Notes: generated by a model not told the origin, from the letters alone. DNA of 64,000 nt from a bacterium (GCA_030690305.1 JAUYHB010000020.1:87535-151534); one strand, 5' to 3'; positions 26,655-36,344 are shown, counted from the first letter of the stretch. Translations and numbers: made by a program.

Positions 26655-28919
26655 CTATGACGATATCTCACAGACTCCTCCGACGCAGGCGAGTTCTTTT
26701 GCTCCCATGGTTTCATCATCTTTTTCATAGACAACGATTTGGGAAAAATCTATTTTAGGAAGTTTCGAGAGAAGTTCTTCGTACCGTTCTTTTGTAATTT
26801 CTTCGTACGGCGCGAGTTTGTATACATGATTGTCACGGGGAAGGAAGGAGAGCCCTCCAAGGATGTCCCAGTTTTTGTATAGCCAGTTTGCTACTTCAAT
26901 CCACTCGTTATCACCGACATAAATCGTTACCGAAGGATTGTGCTCGGTGAAGTTTTCTTTTACCCCTTTCCAGTATTCCAATTGTTCAATTGCCGTTTTG
27001 TCATTTCGTAAAATGGCTCCATCAGGGGCTTTAACGGGAAATTCAAGGACATAGGTTGTGGCGTTTTCCTCGGATTGTCCGACTTCCGGATGATGAGGAA
27101 ACTTCTGGTCTTTAAACATCTGGAATAAAGGATCGGTAGTCGAAATGCGGACACGGCGAATGTAATACTGGGCATAACGGGGGTGCATGCCGGAGGCGGC
27201 GTCAACAAGCTGAGAAACGGTTCCTGACGGTTTTACGCATGTTACGCATGTTGAAGCATTTATTCCAAACCGTTCCGCATACTTCCGGTTTACTTCAACC
27301 GCTTTTGCTCTCATTTTCTTCAACGTCTCCGGATTTCTTACAGCCGGGCAATCCCATTGCCCTGTGATGGAAACCCCAAGAAGACGCTCTTCCTCGCAAT
27401 TCTTTTTCCATTCGGGGGAGAGATATTTAAACGATGTAAGAGTTGACTGGTATGTTCCGAGAATTGCCGCAAGTTCAACTTTCTCAAGCAGTGTTTTTTC
27501 CGTGTCTCCTTTGCGCGCAACCACTTCGGTGAGGTTACAAAACTGCTTTGACCGCAACACAATCTCTCCGCATGGATTTGTTCCCGAAGTTTCCGCATGT
27601 TTTGAAAACACTTTCCACCTACGTTCCGGCAACTGGACCTGTAGCCCTCCTCGGTTGAAAATTCCACGTTCACCCGAACCGCTTTTTGCGAGAGCTATCC
27701 ATTCATCCAAGAAGTCTTCGGCGCTCGGCTTTTCTATATATACGGCCGAATTGTTGGCCATAGAGCGTTGCGGGTACGTGAGGAAGAACTGACCTTTCTT
27801 GGCGTCCCTCATTTCGTTGTCATCAAGGTCGGAAAGGGAAATCAGGGCACTTCTTCGCACTCCTCCCGCAACTACCACCTCGCCGATTTTACAGACGATG
27901 TCGTGTACATTCAAATTGGTAAGGCGTTTCCCTTGACGTCCCATGATAGTTGCCCGAGAAAACTCAAGAAGAGAACGGAGCGGGTCGGGGCCGGAACTTC
28001 TTCCTCCCATGGTATTAAGGCGCGCTCCCGCAGGCCGAAGGCCCGAATAATCAAAATCAATATCCTTGCCGTTGTACCATGTCGTCAGACCCAACGTGAG
28101 CGCGTCGGCCCATCCTTCTTTACTGTCTTCAATAACATACGTTTTAAGTTTCTTTGCACCATTCTGGCGTTTAATGATAGGAAGTTTCTGGACAGTCTGA
28201 CTTTCCGCGGAAAAGCCGACACCTGTTCCGCACATCAAGAGATACATAACTTCTGCAAAGTCGCGTATTTTTTGTGGGGCGATGAACGAACAATTATACG
28301 CGGAGACGTTCGTGGTGCGTGCCGCTTTCCCGGCAGCCCACATGAGGCGCATTGACGGCATAACACGCTGCTCAAGTATCGCTTCCCGTATTTTAGCCAC
28401 ATCCTGCTTGGTTATTTTGTTCCCAAGATTTTCAGTCATGAAAGAGAGATAACGGTCCACGGTCTCAACCCATGTTTCCCGCCGCCCCTCATTTTCAATC
28501 CATCGTGAATAAGTACGATAATAAATAAATTCCGCCAACTCGTTTTTGAAATATTTTCTGCTTTCGGCAACAAGTTTTTGTACGTGCTCGGGTACAAGAC
28601 GTTTCTTAGCCCGGACTTGCATGCGTTCATTTCGATACAAGATGTATGCTTTTGCGGTTTTTGCATAATCTTTGGTAATGAAAATTTCTTCAACAACATC
28701 CTGAATTTCTTCTATGTGCGGCGTGTGTACGGGGAGGTATCTCCGATTGAGCTCGGCAATGACAAGATTGGAAAGTTTCTCCGCATCTTTTTCATTCCCT
28801 TCACCGGTTGATTCAATCGCCTTGAAAATAGCATTGGTTATTTTTTCTTTCTCAAAATGAACGCGGCGACCGTCGCGCTTTATTACTTCCGTAAAATGGG
28901 ACGTTGTTTTCTCAGGCAT
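26655..28919 (-). CDS. nrdJ: Ribonucleotide reductase, probably class II (adenosylcobalamin-dependent, NrdJ-like), with an N-terminal ATP-cone
   Basis: ATP-cone N-terminus, active-site NPCGE motif, C-terminal Cys pair (ACVGGVC), no adjacent nrdB, B12-handling neighbours. Confidence 0.7.
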   Translation of the reverse strand: MPEKTTSHFTEVIKRDGRRVHFEKEKITNAIFKAIESTGEGNEKDAEKLSNLVIAELNRRYLPVHTPHIEEIQDVVEEIFITKDYAKTAKAYILYRNERMQVRAKKRLVPEHVQKLVAESRKYFKNELAEFIYYRTYSRWIENEGRRETWVETVDRYLSFMTENLGNKITKQDVAKIREAILEQRVMPSMRLMWAAGKAARTTNVSAYNCSFIAPQKIRDFAEVMYLLMCGTGVGFSAESQTVQKLPIIKRQNGAKKLKTYVIEDSKEGWADALTLGLTTWYNGKDIDFDYSGLRPAGARLNTMGGRSSGPDPLRSLLEFSRATIMGRQGKRLTNLNVHDIVCKIGEVVVAGGVRRSALISLSDLDDNEMRDAKKGQFFLTYPQRSMANNSAVYIEKPSAEDFLDEWIALAKSGSGERGIFNRGGLQVQLPERRWKVFSKHAETSGTNPCGEIVLRSKQFCNLTEVVARKGDTEKTLLEKVELAAILGTYQSTLTSFKYLSPEWKKNCEEERLLGVSITGQWDCPAVRNPETLKKMRAKAVEVNRKYAERFGINASTCVTCVKPSGTVSQLVDAASGMHPRYAQYYIRRVRISTTDPLFQMFKDQKFPHHPEVGQSEENATTYVLEFPVKAPDGAILRNDKTAIEQLEYWKGVKENFTEHNPSVTIYVGDNEWIEVANWLYKNWDILGGLSFLPRDNHVYKLAPYEEITKERYEELLSKLPKIDFSQIVVYEKDDETMGAKELACVGGVCEISS

Positions 28920-29469
28920 GATATTTTTCTGCGTTAAATGCCCATGACCGCATCATAGGCGCTGGTAATTGGCGTGTCTTTGTAAAAACTTCATATATAT
29001 AGCCCAACAGAGCCGTAAAACAAATGTCTCCGATGAGCATATTGCGAAAGAAAGGAAGCCCTAAGGCGTAGGCACTCATAAGTCCCTGTGCAGTTTTCGG
29101 ATACCAGTCGCTTGCAAGCCAGACGGCAAAATTTGTGATAAGAAAAAACGAGACTGCTCCACCCACTCCCGCGTATACAAGACTTGCGATGTTATTCTCA
29201 GAAATTTTTCCAAATACGCCGTACAGCACAAAAGACCCGTATACCGACACCACGACAAGCGGGTGGTAAAAGCCGATAAGCATGTCAGACACAAAAAGGG
29301 TTGAAAGTGTCAGTGCAATACTTTTGTAAAAACTCATCTGACGGCCAGAAACGATGCCAAGTGCACCAAGGGGCGTGATGTTGGGAATATGAGGAACAAA
29401 TCGGGAAATGAAAGCAAGCGCCACGACGGGGACGAAAAAAGAGAACATGCGCTTACTATGCTGTGTCAT
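28912..29469 (-). CDS. Six-TM membrane protein, putative cobalamin transporter substrate-capture (ECF S-component/CbrT/BtuM-like) protein
   Basis: About 190 aa with 6 TM helices. Operon position between a DUF4430-like gene and nrdJ. Start ambiguous (29508 or 29469). Confidence 0.4.
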   Translation of the reverse strand: MTQHSKRMFSFFVPVVALAFISRFVPHIPNITPLGALGIVSGRQMSFYKSIALTLSTLFVSDMLIGFYHPLVVVSVYGSFVLYGVFGKISENNIASLVYAGVGGAVSFFLITNFAVWLASDWYPKTAQGLMSAYALGLPFFRNMLIGDICFTALLGYIYEVFTKTRQLPAPMMRSWAFNAEKYHA

Positions 29470-29474
29470 AATAC

Positions 29475-29915
29475 TTAAATTGAATATTGAGATTTTATAA
29501 ACTTCCATTCGACATATTCGTTTCCTTCAAGCGTATATGCCGAAGCGCCTACTTCCGGATGGGTGTGATTAACCCAAAACTCCCAATATTTGTCATCCTC
29601 TCCTCCTGTTTTATCGCCTATTTTCTTGATAAATACGCCAAGACCGGGGTAATCCTCAAATTCAAGAACAAAGGGGTTCACCTGGTCTTGCGAGCATAAT
29701 TTTAAGAGGTCAAAAGCGGTGGAGGATGACGGAAGAGTTTTCTCGCATGTAACAATGGCGCCGTCCGAATAATCAATCATTAGGTGAGCGACCCCTTCTT
29801 TTTGTTGCGTCGGAAAAGAAATTTTCTCCGGTAGCCACGAACTGCTCCCGACAACGAGTCCCGACAAAAAAGCGATGACGATGCCCGACGCAAACTGTAT
29901 GATTTGCTTGTTCAT
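29475..29915 (-). CDS. Secreted DUF4430-like (transcobalamin-like B12-binding) protein
   Basis: Signal/anchor peptide followed by WEFWVNHT...GASAYTLEGNEYVEW, which resembles the DUF4430 pattern. Confidence 0.5.
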   Translation of the reverse strand: MNKQIIQFASGIVIAFLSGLVVGSSSWLPEKISFPTQQKEGVAHLMIDYSDGAIVTCEKTLPSSSTAFDLLKLCSQDQVNPFVLEFEDYPGLGVFIKKIGDKTGGEDDKYWEFWVNHTHPEVGASAYTLEGNEYVEWKFIKSQYSI

Positions 29916-30370
29916 GATTGTGTATTGATTAGAAAAAAACTTGTGTCTATCTACTATACGCCGATAGACTACATGCGTCCTGTGGATAGGGAAGAGATTT
30001 TAAAAAAGCTCGTAAAAATCCCGCATTAGAGGAACGATAGAGCACATGAAAAAAAAGATGGCAAGGCGTTTTTCAGACCCCCGTGTCTTTTGTTCGCCCG
30101 TTTCCTTTTTATCTGTTGTAATAAAAAATTTTACCGGACGTTTTCTACACACTATTTTTCTTAAAATACACGTTGTGGTATCAAAAAAAGTGGCCTGTAT
30201 GAAAGCTATTTTAGCGGAGAGAAAATAGTATGCTCCACTTCTTTTCTATTGGAAACCCCCAACAAACCACTTTACATTAGGTATGTCCCGGTAGAATTTC
30301 ACAATGTTTAATGGTATCTTTTGGCTTAAATACTTAAGCACTTTCACATACCGTCTTTTAAAAGGAGGAG

Positions 30371-30760
30371 ATGATGGACAAGAGGAAAATTCTTATTGTT
30401 GATGATTTTCAAATTCATCACATCATTTATGAGAGAGCACTCAAAGACCACTTTGTAATTTTAAGCGCCTTCACTTGTGAACAAGCCTCTAATTTTCTTG
30501 TGAAGCATTCCGACCTTGATGTTATTGCAATTGACGCGTATCCATTGAATTTTTCGGTAATCGTTAATTTTGTTGTGAAGATACGGGGAGCCTATAAATA
30601 CAAGGGTCCGATGATTGCAATTTCAAACCATACCGACTGCCAAAAAGGCCTTCTTGCGGTAGGGTGCGATTACGAGTGTGAGAAGCCTCTGCACAAAGAA
30701 AGAGTTATTGAAATCCTCAACACCCATGCCGGCTCAACGCACAAACAAGCCAACCGATAA
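30371..30760 (+). CDS. Stand-alone response-regulator receiver domain (CheY-like)
   Basis: DD pocket (IVDDF), phospho-acceptor Asp (IAIDAY), the S/T and the K (CEKP). AGGAGG RBS. Confidence 0.7.
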   Translation: MMDKRKILIVDDFQIHHIIYERALKDHFVILSAFTCEQASNFLVKHSDLDVIAIDAYPLNFSVIVNFVVKIRGAYKYKGPMIAISNHTDCQKGLLAVGCDYECEKPLHKERVIEILNTHAGSTHKQANR

Positions 30761-30838
30761 AATCCGGTTGGCTTTTAGTTTATTGGGAATGAAAGAAAAT
30801 TGAAAAAACAGGTAAAGTAGGCTATTCTGACCTCACAT

Positions 30839-30911
30839 GGTGCCTATAGTGTAATGGTTAGCACTAGAGTTTGTGGAGCTCTCGGTCCCGGTTCAAATCC
30901 GGGTAGGCACC
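30839..30911 (+). tRNA. tRNA-His (anticodon GTG) with an encoded G-1
   Basis: Extra 5' G pairing with discriminator C, acceptor GTGCCTA/TAGGCAC, anticodon loop TTGTGGA, T arm CCCGG TTCAAAT CCGGG. Confidence 0.85.
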
Positions 30912-30921
30912 CCGATATTTT

Positions 30922-31110
30922 TTGGCGTATAATGTATTTCTAATGGAAAACAGCATCGAAAAAACAAATAGGCATGTTGTTTTTTGGGTTATTACCGTTG
31001 CGATAGTTATTGCAATACTGGCGTTATGGGCTTTTGCTTCTTCCTTTTCCCGTACGCTTAATGCCGAGCCGCCTAAAGATGATATATCTCTTGAAGTTGA
31101 ACTTTTGTAA
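30922..31110 (+). CDS. Small hypothetical membrane protein (62 aa)
   Basis: ORF with one TM helix. Weak. Confidence 0.25.
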   Translation: MAYNVFLMENSIEKTNRHVVFWVITVAIVIAILALWAFASSFSRTLNAEPPKDDISLEVELL

Positions 31111-31215
31111 AAAATCTTGAGATTTTTTTAAAAAGAGAAACAAATAGTACAATAAACTAGTACAATAAACAAAATTATTAAGTAAGAAACTACACACATA
31201 CCCGTCTTGTAGGGT

Positions 31216-32028
31216 ATGGAAAAAATTATGAATAATAACGTCGATATGCAAAAATTAATAAAATTCGGTCTTTTTTTGGGAATAGTGCTCGCCTTTTTCT
31301 TGGTGACCACGTCCCTAAAGGTTATCAAGGAATATGGTTATGTCGGTGCCGATATTCCTCCCGTTAATACGGTAAGTTTTAGCGGTACGGGTGAAGTTGT
31401 CGTTATTCCCGACATCGCAACATTCACTTTTTCCGTGACGGAGGAAGCGAAAAACGTGAAAGATGCCCAAGACAAGGTAACGGAGAAAATAGATGTTGCG
31501 CTCGATAAGCTCAAAGGAATGTCGATTCCCGACAAAAATGTCAAAACCGTTTCATACAACGTGTATCCCAAATATGAATATGACAACACCGTTTGCACTC
31601 AATGGAGCTGTCCTCCGAGCAGAAGCACACTTGTGGGCTATACGGTGACACAAACGATTCAAGTAAAAATTGAAGATGTTGATAAGGCGGGTGAAATACT
31701 CGGTGCGATGGGCGGAATCGGAATTTCCGAAATCAGCGGACTTTCGTTTACGGTAGAGGACGAAGAAAAATACGCCCGCGAGGCAAGACAGAAAGCTATT
31801 GCTGACGCAAAAGAAAAAGCCAAAACTTTGTCCAAAGACCTCGGTGTCAGATTGCTTAGAGTCGTGAGCTTCTACGAATCCGGAAATTATCCTCCGATTT
31901 ATTACAAAGAAGCGATGGGGATGGGTGGTGCGGTAAGTGCCGATTCAAGTATGGCGGTTCCTTCCGTACCTACAGGCGAGAATAAAGTTATTTCAAACGT
32001 AACCATTGTTTACGAGCTCGGAAAATAG
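31216..32028 (+). CDS. SIMPL/DUF541 domain periplasmic protein
   Basis: N-terminal TM/signal peptide. SIMPL-like repeats including IPPIYYKEAMGMG. Confidence 0.7.
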   Translation: MEKIMNNNVDMQKLIKFGLFLGIVLAFFLVTTSLKVIKEYGYVGADIPPVNTVSFSGTGEVVVIPDIATFTFSVTEEAKNVKDAQDKVTEKIDVALDKLKGMSIPDKNVKTVSYNVYPKYEYDNTVCTQWSCPPSRSTLVGYTVTQTIQVKIEDVDKAGEILGAMGGIGISEISGLSFTVEDEEKYAREARQKAIADAKEKAKTLSKDLGVRLLRVVSFYESGNYPPIYYKEAMGMGGAVSADSSMAVPSVPTGENKVISNVTIVYELGK

Positions 32029-32049
32029 GAATCCGTGAAAATGTTTCCC

Positions 32050-32080
32050 AAAATACCCTGTATATACAGGGTATTTTGTT
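32050..32080 (+). terminator. Intrinsic terminator after the SIMPL gene
   Basis: aataccctgta-tata-cagggtatt followed by ttgtt. Confidence 0.7.
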
Positions 32081-32271
32081 AGGCGTACCCAATGCCTCAA
32101 ACCGGTTTACTTTTGTTTCTTGAGGTGGTACTATATCTGTGACGCCTTCGGGGCGTTTTTTATTACGACAAGCGAGGAGTGTGTGGGCAGGTAGTCTCTC
32201 ACACAGCGTCCGAGTCGAAGTCGTAAAAAGGGGTGAATACACCTTTTATTACAAAAACACTATGAGTATTA

Positions 32272-32441
32272 TTGATTATATAAAAGAGACAAGAGGGGAA
32301 TTAAAACACGTAAGCTGGCCGACCCGTCGACAGGTTGTCGTGTTCACGGCGATTGTGATTATCGCATCGTTTGCTACCGCGTTTTTCCTTGGCTTTTTTG
32401 ACTTTGTTTTTTCACAAATCCTAGGAAAATTCGTCATTTAA
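32272..32441 (+). CDS. secE: Preprotein translocase subunit SecE (short single-TM form)
   Basis: MSIIDYIKETRGELKHVSWPTRRQ plus a TM helix, immediately upstream of nusG. Confidence 0.8.
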
Positions 32442-32445
32442 CATT

Positions 32446-32991
32446 ATGACAAAACAAAAAATTCAACAGGGCCGGAATTGGTATGCCATTCATACGTATG
32501 CCGGATACGAGAATGCGGTCATGCGAAACCTAAAACAGCGCATTGAGTCTCTGGGTATGGAAGGCAAGATTTTCAGTGTCATTGTTCCGACCGAGAAAAA
32601 AATAAAAATCAAAGGAGGAAAGCGGGTAGAGGAGGAAGAGAAAATCTACCCCGGCTACATTCTCGTTGACATGATTGTGACCGACGATTCTTGGTACGTG
32701 GTGAGAAACACCCCCCGTGTTACGGGGTTTGTCGGTTCCGGAGTCTACCCTGTTCCGATTGAACCCAAGGAAATCGAAGAATTGTTCAAACGAATGAATG
32801 CGGGGACGGTCAAGCACGATATCGCACTCTCTCCCGACGACACGGTAATGATTGTTGACGGTCCGTTTAAAGAACTTGAGGGCAAGGTAAGTCAGATTGA
32901 CGAAGAACGTGGGAAGGTCAAAGTACTTGTTTCGATGTTCGGACGAGAGACGCCTGTTGAACTTGATTTCTTGCAAGTTAAGAAAATTTAA
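32446..32991 (+). CDS. nusG: Transcription termination/antitermination factor NusG
   Basis: NGN domain (NWYAIHTYAGYEN) and C-terminal KOW. Confidence 0.9.
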   Translation: MTKQKIQQGRNWYAIHTYAGYENAVMRNLKQRIESLGMEGKIFSVIVPTEKKIKIKGGKRVEEEEKIYPGYILVDMIVTDDSWYVVRNTPRVTGFVGSGVYPVPIEPKEIEELFKRMNAGTVKHDIALSPDDTVMIVDGPFKELEGKVSQIDEERGKVKVLVSMFGRETPVELDFLQVKKI

Positions 32992-33008
32992 TATATCCTC
33001 ACCTAATT

Positions 33009-33434
33009 ATGGCAAAGAAAGTAGTCAAAAAACTAAAATTCCAACTTCCGGCAGGAAAGGCCGTACCGGGCCAGCAAATCGGCCCCGCATTGGGCCAGGC
33101 AGGTATTAACATTGGTGAATTTGTCACGCGTTTTAACGAACTGACGAAGGCACAAATGGGCGAAACGGTAACAGCGGAAGTTTTGGTTCACGAAGACAGA
33201 ACATTTGATTTCGTCATTAAGACTCCTCCGACGACAAGCCTTATTTTGAAAGCCGCCAAGGTTGAAAAAGGTGCGGGAAAGAATCTTGTTACCAAAGCGG
33301 GCACAATTACCCGCGCGCAGGTCAAAGAAATTGCCGAAAAGAAAATGCCCGACCTGAATGCAAATGACATTGAAGCGGCGATGAAGATAGTCGAAGGAAG
33401 CTGCCGTTCGATGGGGATTGAAGTGAAAGGGTAA
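33009..33434 (+). CDS. rplK: 50S ribosomal protein L11
   Basis: MAKKVVKKLKFQLPAGKA...PALGQAGIN. Confidence 0.9.
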   Translation: MAKKVVKKLKFQLPAGKAVPGQQIGPALGQAGINIGEFVTRFNELTKAQMGETVTAEVLVHEDRTFDFVIKTPPTTSLILKAAKVEKGAGKNLVTKAGTITRAQVKEIAEKKMPDLNANDIEAAMKIVEGSCRSMGIEVKG

Positions 33435-33445
33435 ATCTTAAAATG

Positions 33446-33481
33446 AAAAAGCCTCTGCACTACGCAGAGGCTTTTGTTTTT
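33446..33481 (+). terminator. Intrinsic terminator directly after rplK (no rplA follows)
   Basis: aaaaagcctctgc-acta-cgcagaggctttt followed by gtttt. Confidence 0.75.
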
Positions 33482-33487
33482 AAAAAC

Positions 33488-34156
33488 CTATTTTATTTTT
33501 ATTTCGGAGTCTTTGTACAATCTCGGCAACATCATTTCCGGTTTCCATTCTTTTTTCATTTTCTCGATCTGAGAATGAGTCTGATATTTGCCTTCTTTTG
33601 AATAATCTCTATCAAGAATTTTACCGGTCTTAAAAAAGATTATTTGAGCAACACGTCTCCCGACAACGAGAGGAATCGTATAGTGCGTGGAATTGTTGGT
33701 AATTTCCATTGTCCAACGATTCATATACCCCACATCGCCCCAGCCGGCGCATTTACAGACTTCAATGAAGCACCGTCCGAGAGACGACCGCGCTTTCATC
33801 ATCGTAGTGACAGTGTTTCTTCCCCCAATGAATTCATTGGTATGAGCAAGGATTGTTTCACCTGGCCGAAGGAATATCACACGATCTTTTTTCCCAATTC
33901 CGGAAAGTTTCTTGGGAGCCTTGGAAAATTTCCCTAATTTTTCAGCCCGGAAAGGCTTGCCCCACACTTCTTCAACATTTTCTTTTTCCCAGATATTGAA
34001 AAAAGGGTGATGGGGTTTGGGGGGTTGTTCTCTGTAGTAAAACTCCCCCAAAGTAACGTCGTAACTTGAAGTTGAGAGATGGTTCTTATTGAACGGGGAA
34101 ATAAGAATATTTCCCTTTTTTATCTCTCCCAGAATCTTTTTATCGGAAAGTGCCAT
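33488..34156 (-). CDS. dcd: dCTP deaminase family protein (long form, possibly bifunctional dCTP deaminase/dUTPase-like)
   Basis: dUTPase-superfamily beta fold with Dcd-like motifs (ILISPF...SYDVTLG). Confidence 0.65.
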   Translation of the reverse strand: MALSDKKILGEIKKGNILISPFNKNHLSTSSYDVTLGEFYYREQPPKPHHPFFNIWEKENVEEVWGKPFRAEKLGKFSKAPKKLSGIGKKDRVIFLRPGETILAHTNEFIGGRNTVTTMMKARSSLGRCFIEVCKCAGWGDVGYMNRWTMEITNNSTHYTIPLVVGRRVAQIIFFKTGKILDRDYSKEGKYQTHSQIEKMKKEWKPEMMLPRLYKDSEIKIK

Positions 34157-34249
34157 ATATAGCCTCCTTTGGTTTTCAATGGTTTCTGTGTCTAAACACT
34201 GAAGCTAGCGTTTTTTGAATTTTTGTCAATCCAAAAGAAAATCCCGCAG

Positions 34250-34789
34250 CTATACAGCCGCGGGATGGTTTTTTCTTTTTTCAAAGGTGATGAAGCTGAA
34301 ACTTTGCTGTGTTTCGTTTCCTCCCAGATTATGGCACTCACGTTTTCCGGAATACCACTTGTCCATCGTAATTAGGGATGAAATTTTCATCGCCCCTTTT
34401 ACTATCCGACCACTTTGAGCGATATAAAGCCGTGACGCAAGAGGAAAAAATTCCTTGAAAATCTCTCCTCCTCCAACCGCAACAATTTCTTTCGACTTGT
34501 TGAGCCTGTGCGCCGTATCCAGGGCCTTAAGCGCAGAGTGGCATACTACCGAGCCTTTTACTTCAAGGCTGTTGCTCCTGCTTAAAACAATGAACGGGCG
34601 CCCAAAAACGAGCGGGTCGAAAGCGACTACGGACTCATACGTTCTTCTCCCAAAGATAATCGTTGCTTCACTTGCCACTGCTCCAAGCCAGCGCATGTTT
34701 GTTTCAAGAGTTCCGAGAGGGAAATCGGATTTTCTTCCGATTCTCCAGTTTTTGTCGACAGCGACCATAATTCCGATTTCCTGTCTCAT
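34250..34789 (-). CDS. folA: Dihydrofolate reductase family protein
   Basis: DHFR-like N-terminus IMVAVDKNWRIG and VGGGEIF. Confidence 0.6.
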   Translation of the reverse strand: MRQEIGIMVAVDKNWRIGRKSDFPLGTLETNMRWLGAVASEATIIFGRRTYESVVAFDPLVFGRPFIVLSRSNSLEVKGSVVCHSALKALDTAHRLNKSKEIVAVGGGEIFKEFFPLASRLYIAQSGRIVKGAMKISSLITMDKWYSGKRECHNLGGNETQQSFSFITFEKRKNHPAAV

Positions 34790-34961
34790 CCTTCGCCTCC
34801 TTTTAAAAGATTAAAGAACAATTTCCTTTCTATGAGGCTAATGATTTTCCGGCATTATGTCAAATTATGTAGTCCTTTGACGTAAGAGCCCAAAAAGGTA
34901 GTATGTTTCGAGAAACGTTATTTTTCTCTTTGATAATAAAAACCCAAAAGGAGGTTGTAAT

Positions 34962-36329
34962 ATGAAAGAAACTATAGGTGGTCTGGAACATGTTGTACAG
35001 CGGCTTAGAGACGGTGGGGAAGTTCTCGTTTTAAACACGGGGGCGCACATCCATCCCGAAGCCGAAGCGATGCTTCAGGCGCTTCATTCGCGATCTTCAG
35101 AGGGGGTGCGTTCTCATATGAAGGTTCTTGCCGAGAAAGGCCCCGACAAGTTCATGAGTGTCTATTATGTCGGGTACGGCCACAAGTCAATCGGCGACTG
35201 CGGAACAGGAACCGTCTTTATCGAAGGAGTCTCCATGCTTGCAGCAAAGGCGGTGCAGGACTGGATGCTCTATTCGGGACAAGAGTGTTCAACCCGGTAT
35301 CTTGACTTCGGTCTGCAGCGGTTTGCAAACCCGTACGGGACCGAAAATGGAAAAGCCGTGCTTGAGGAGTGGCGGAATTTTTATATCGCTCTCCAAGAGC
35401 CTGTCAGGGCCCATCTCCGGGAACAGTTTCCAAAGCCCGCAGAAGAAAATGAAAAAATCTACGAGAAGGCAATTATTGCCCGGTCATTTGACACTCTAAG
35501 ATGTTTTCTTCCGGCGGGTGCGACCACTAACCTTGCGTGGCATTCAAACCTTCGGCAGTTCGCGGACAAAATTACCCTTCTCAGACATCATCCGCTTTCC
35601 GAAGTACGTGATATTGCGGAAACCCTGGAAAAAGCTCTGCAGGAAAGTTTTCCGAACTCTTTCCAGCATAAACGATATGACGAAACGGAAAAATACAATG
35701 AATGCTGGATGAAACACTCATACTATTTTTCCGTCGACAACCCCTGTTTTTCCGAATGCAGTCTTACCCACAACGGCGTGAATGTCGAACAGCTCGAGTA
35801 TTACAAAGCGGTTCTTGAACGACGTCCGCCTCAAACCGAATTACCGAAATTCATTGGGGCATGCGGCGCGGTTCAATTTGACCTGCTTCTTGATTTCGGG
35901 TCATTCCGCGATATCCAGCGTCATAGGGCAATTGTGCAACGAATGCCGCTTCTCACTCCGCATTTTGGGTTTGAAAGATGGTATCTCGAGCAATTGCCGT
36001 GTGATCTAAGAGAGAAGGCCGAATGTTTTATCGCAAGACAACTCAAAATAATTGAGAGTCTCGAAGTTTCGGCGGAAGAACGACAGTATTATTTGCCGAT
36101 GGGGTACAGGGTTCCTATCCGCATCAGCGGCGATTTGCCGTCGCTTGCATACCTCGTCGAATTACGTTCTTCTCCTTCGGTTCATCCAACGCTTCAAAAG
36201 AAAGCGGTGATGATGGCCGAAGAACTCAAAGACTATTTCGGACAACACGGGCTGCGCCTCCATATTCAGGAAGGGGCCGGCCGTTTTGACATCAAGAGAG
36301 GAAAACAAGACATTGTAAAAAAAGAATAA
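34962..36329 (+). CDS. thyX: Putative flavin-dependent thymidylate synthase ThyX, long (455 aa) form
   Basis: RHR motif (DIQRHRAIV). Neighbours are dcd, folA, tmk and dut. Long ThyX forms of about 530 aa are known, for example in Chlamydia. Confidence 0.45.
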   Translation: MKETIGGLEHVVQRLRDGGEVLVLNTGAHIHPEAEAMLQALHSRSSEGVRSHMKVLAEKGPDKFMSVYYVGYGHKSIGDCGTGTVFIEGVSMLAAKAVQDWMLYSGQECSTRYLDFGLQRFANPYGTENGKAVLEEWRNFYIALQEPVRAHLREQFPKPAEENEKIYEKAIIARSFDTLRCFLPAGATTNLAWHSNLRQFADKITLLRHHPLSEVRDIAETLEKALQESFPNSFQHKRYDETEKYNECWMKHSYYFSVDNPCFSECSLTHNGVNVEQLEYYKAVLERRPPQTELPKFIGACGAVQFDLLLDFGSFRDIQRHRAIVQRMPLLTPHFGFERWYLEQLPCDLREKAECFIARQLKIIESLEVSAEERQYYLPMGYRVPIRISGDLPSLAYLVELRSSPSVHPTLQKKAVMMAEELKDYFGQHGLRLHIQEGAGRFDIKRGKQDIVKKE

Positions 36330-36344
36330 TCAGTCGTACACACC

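Noticed and set aside
29972-29980. Single DnaA-box-like TGTGGATAG
   Set aside because: An isolated copy with no cluster and no dnaA nearby. It is not evidence for oriC.
29916-30370. Possible cobalamin riboswitch upstream of the B12 operon
   Set aside because: No B12-box (GCCACUG) or GGUG...AAUCC core was found on the minus strand. Only a weak resemblance (GUAAAAAUCCCGC) appears on the wrong strand. This is left as a negative to confirm with Rfam.
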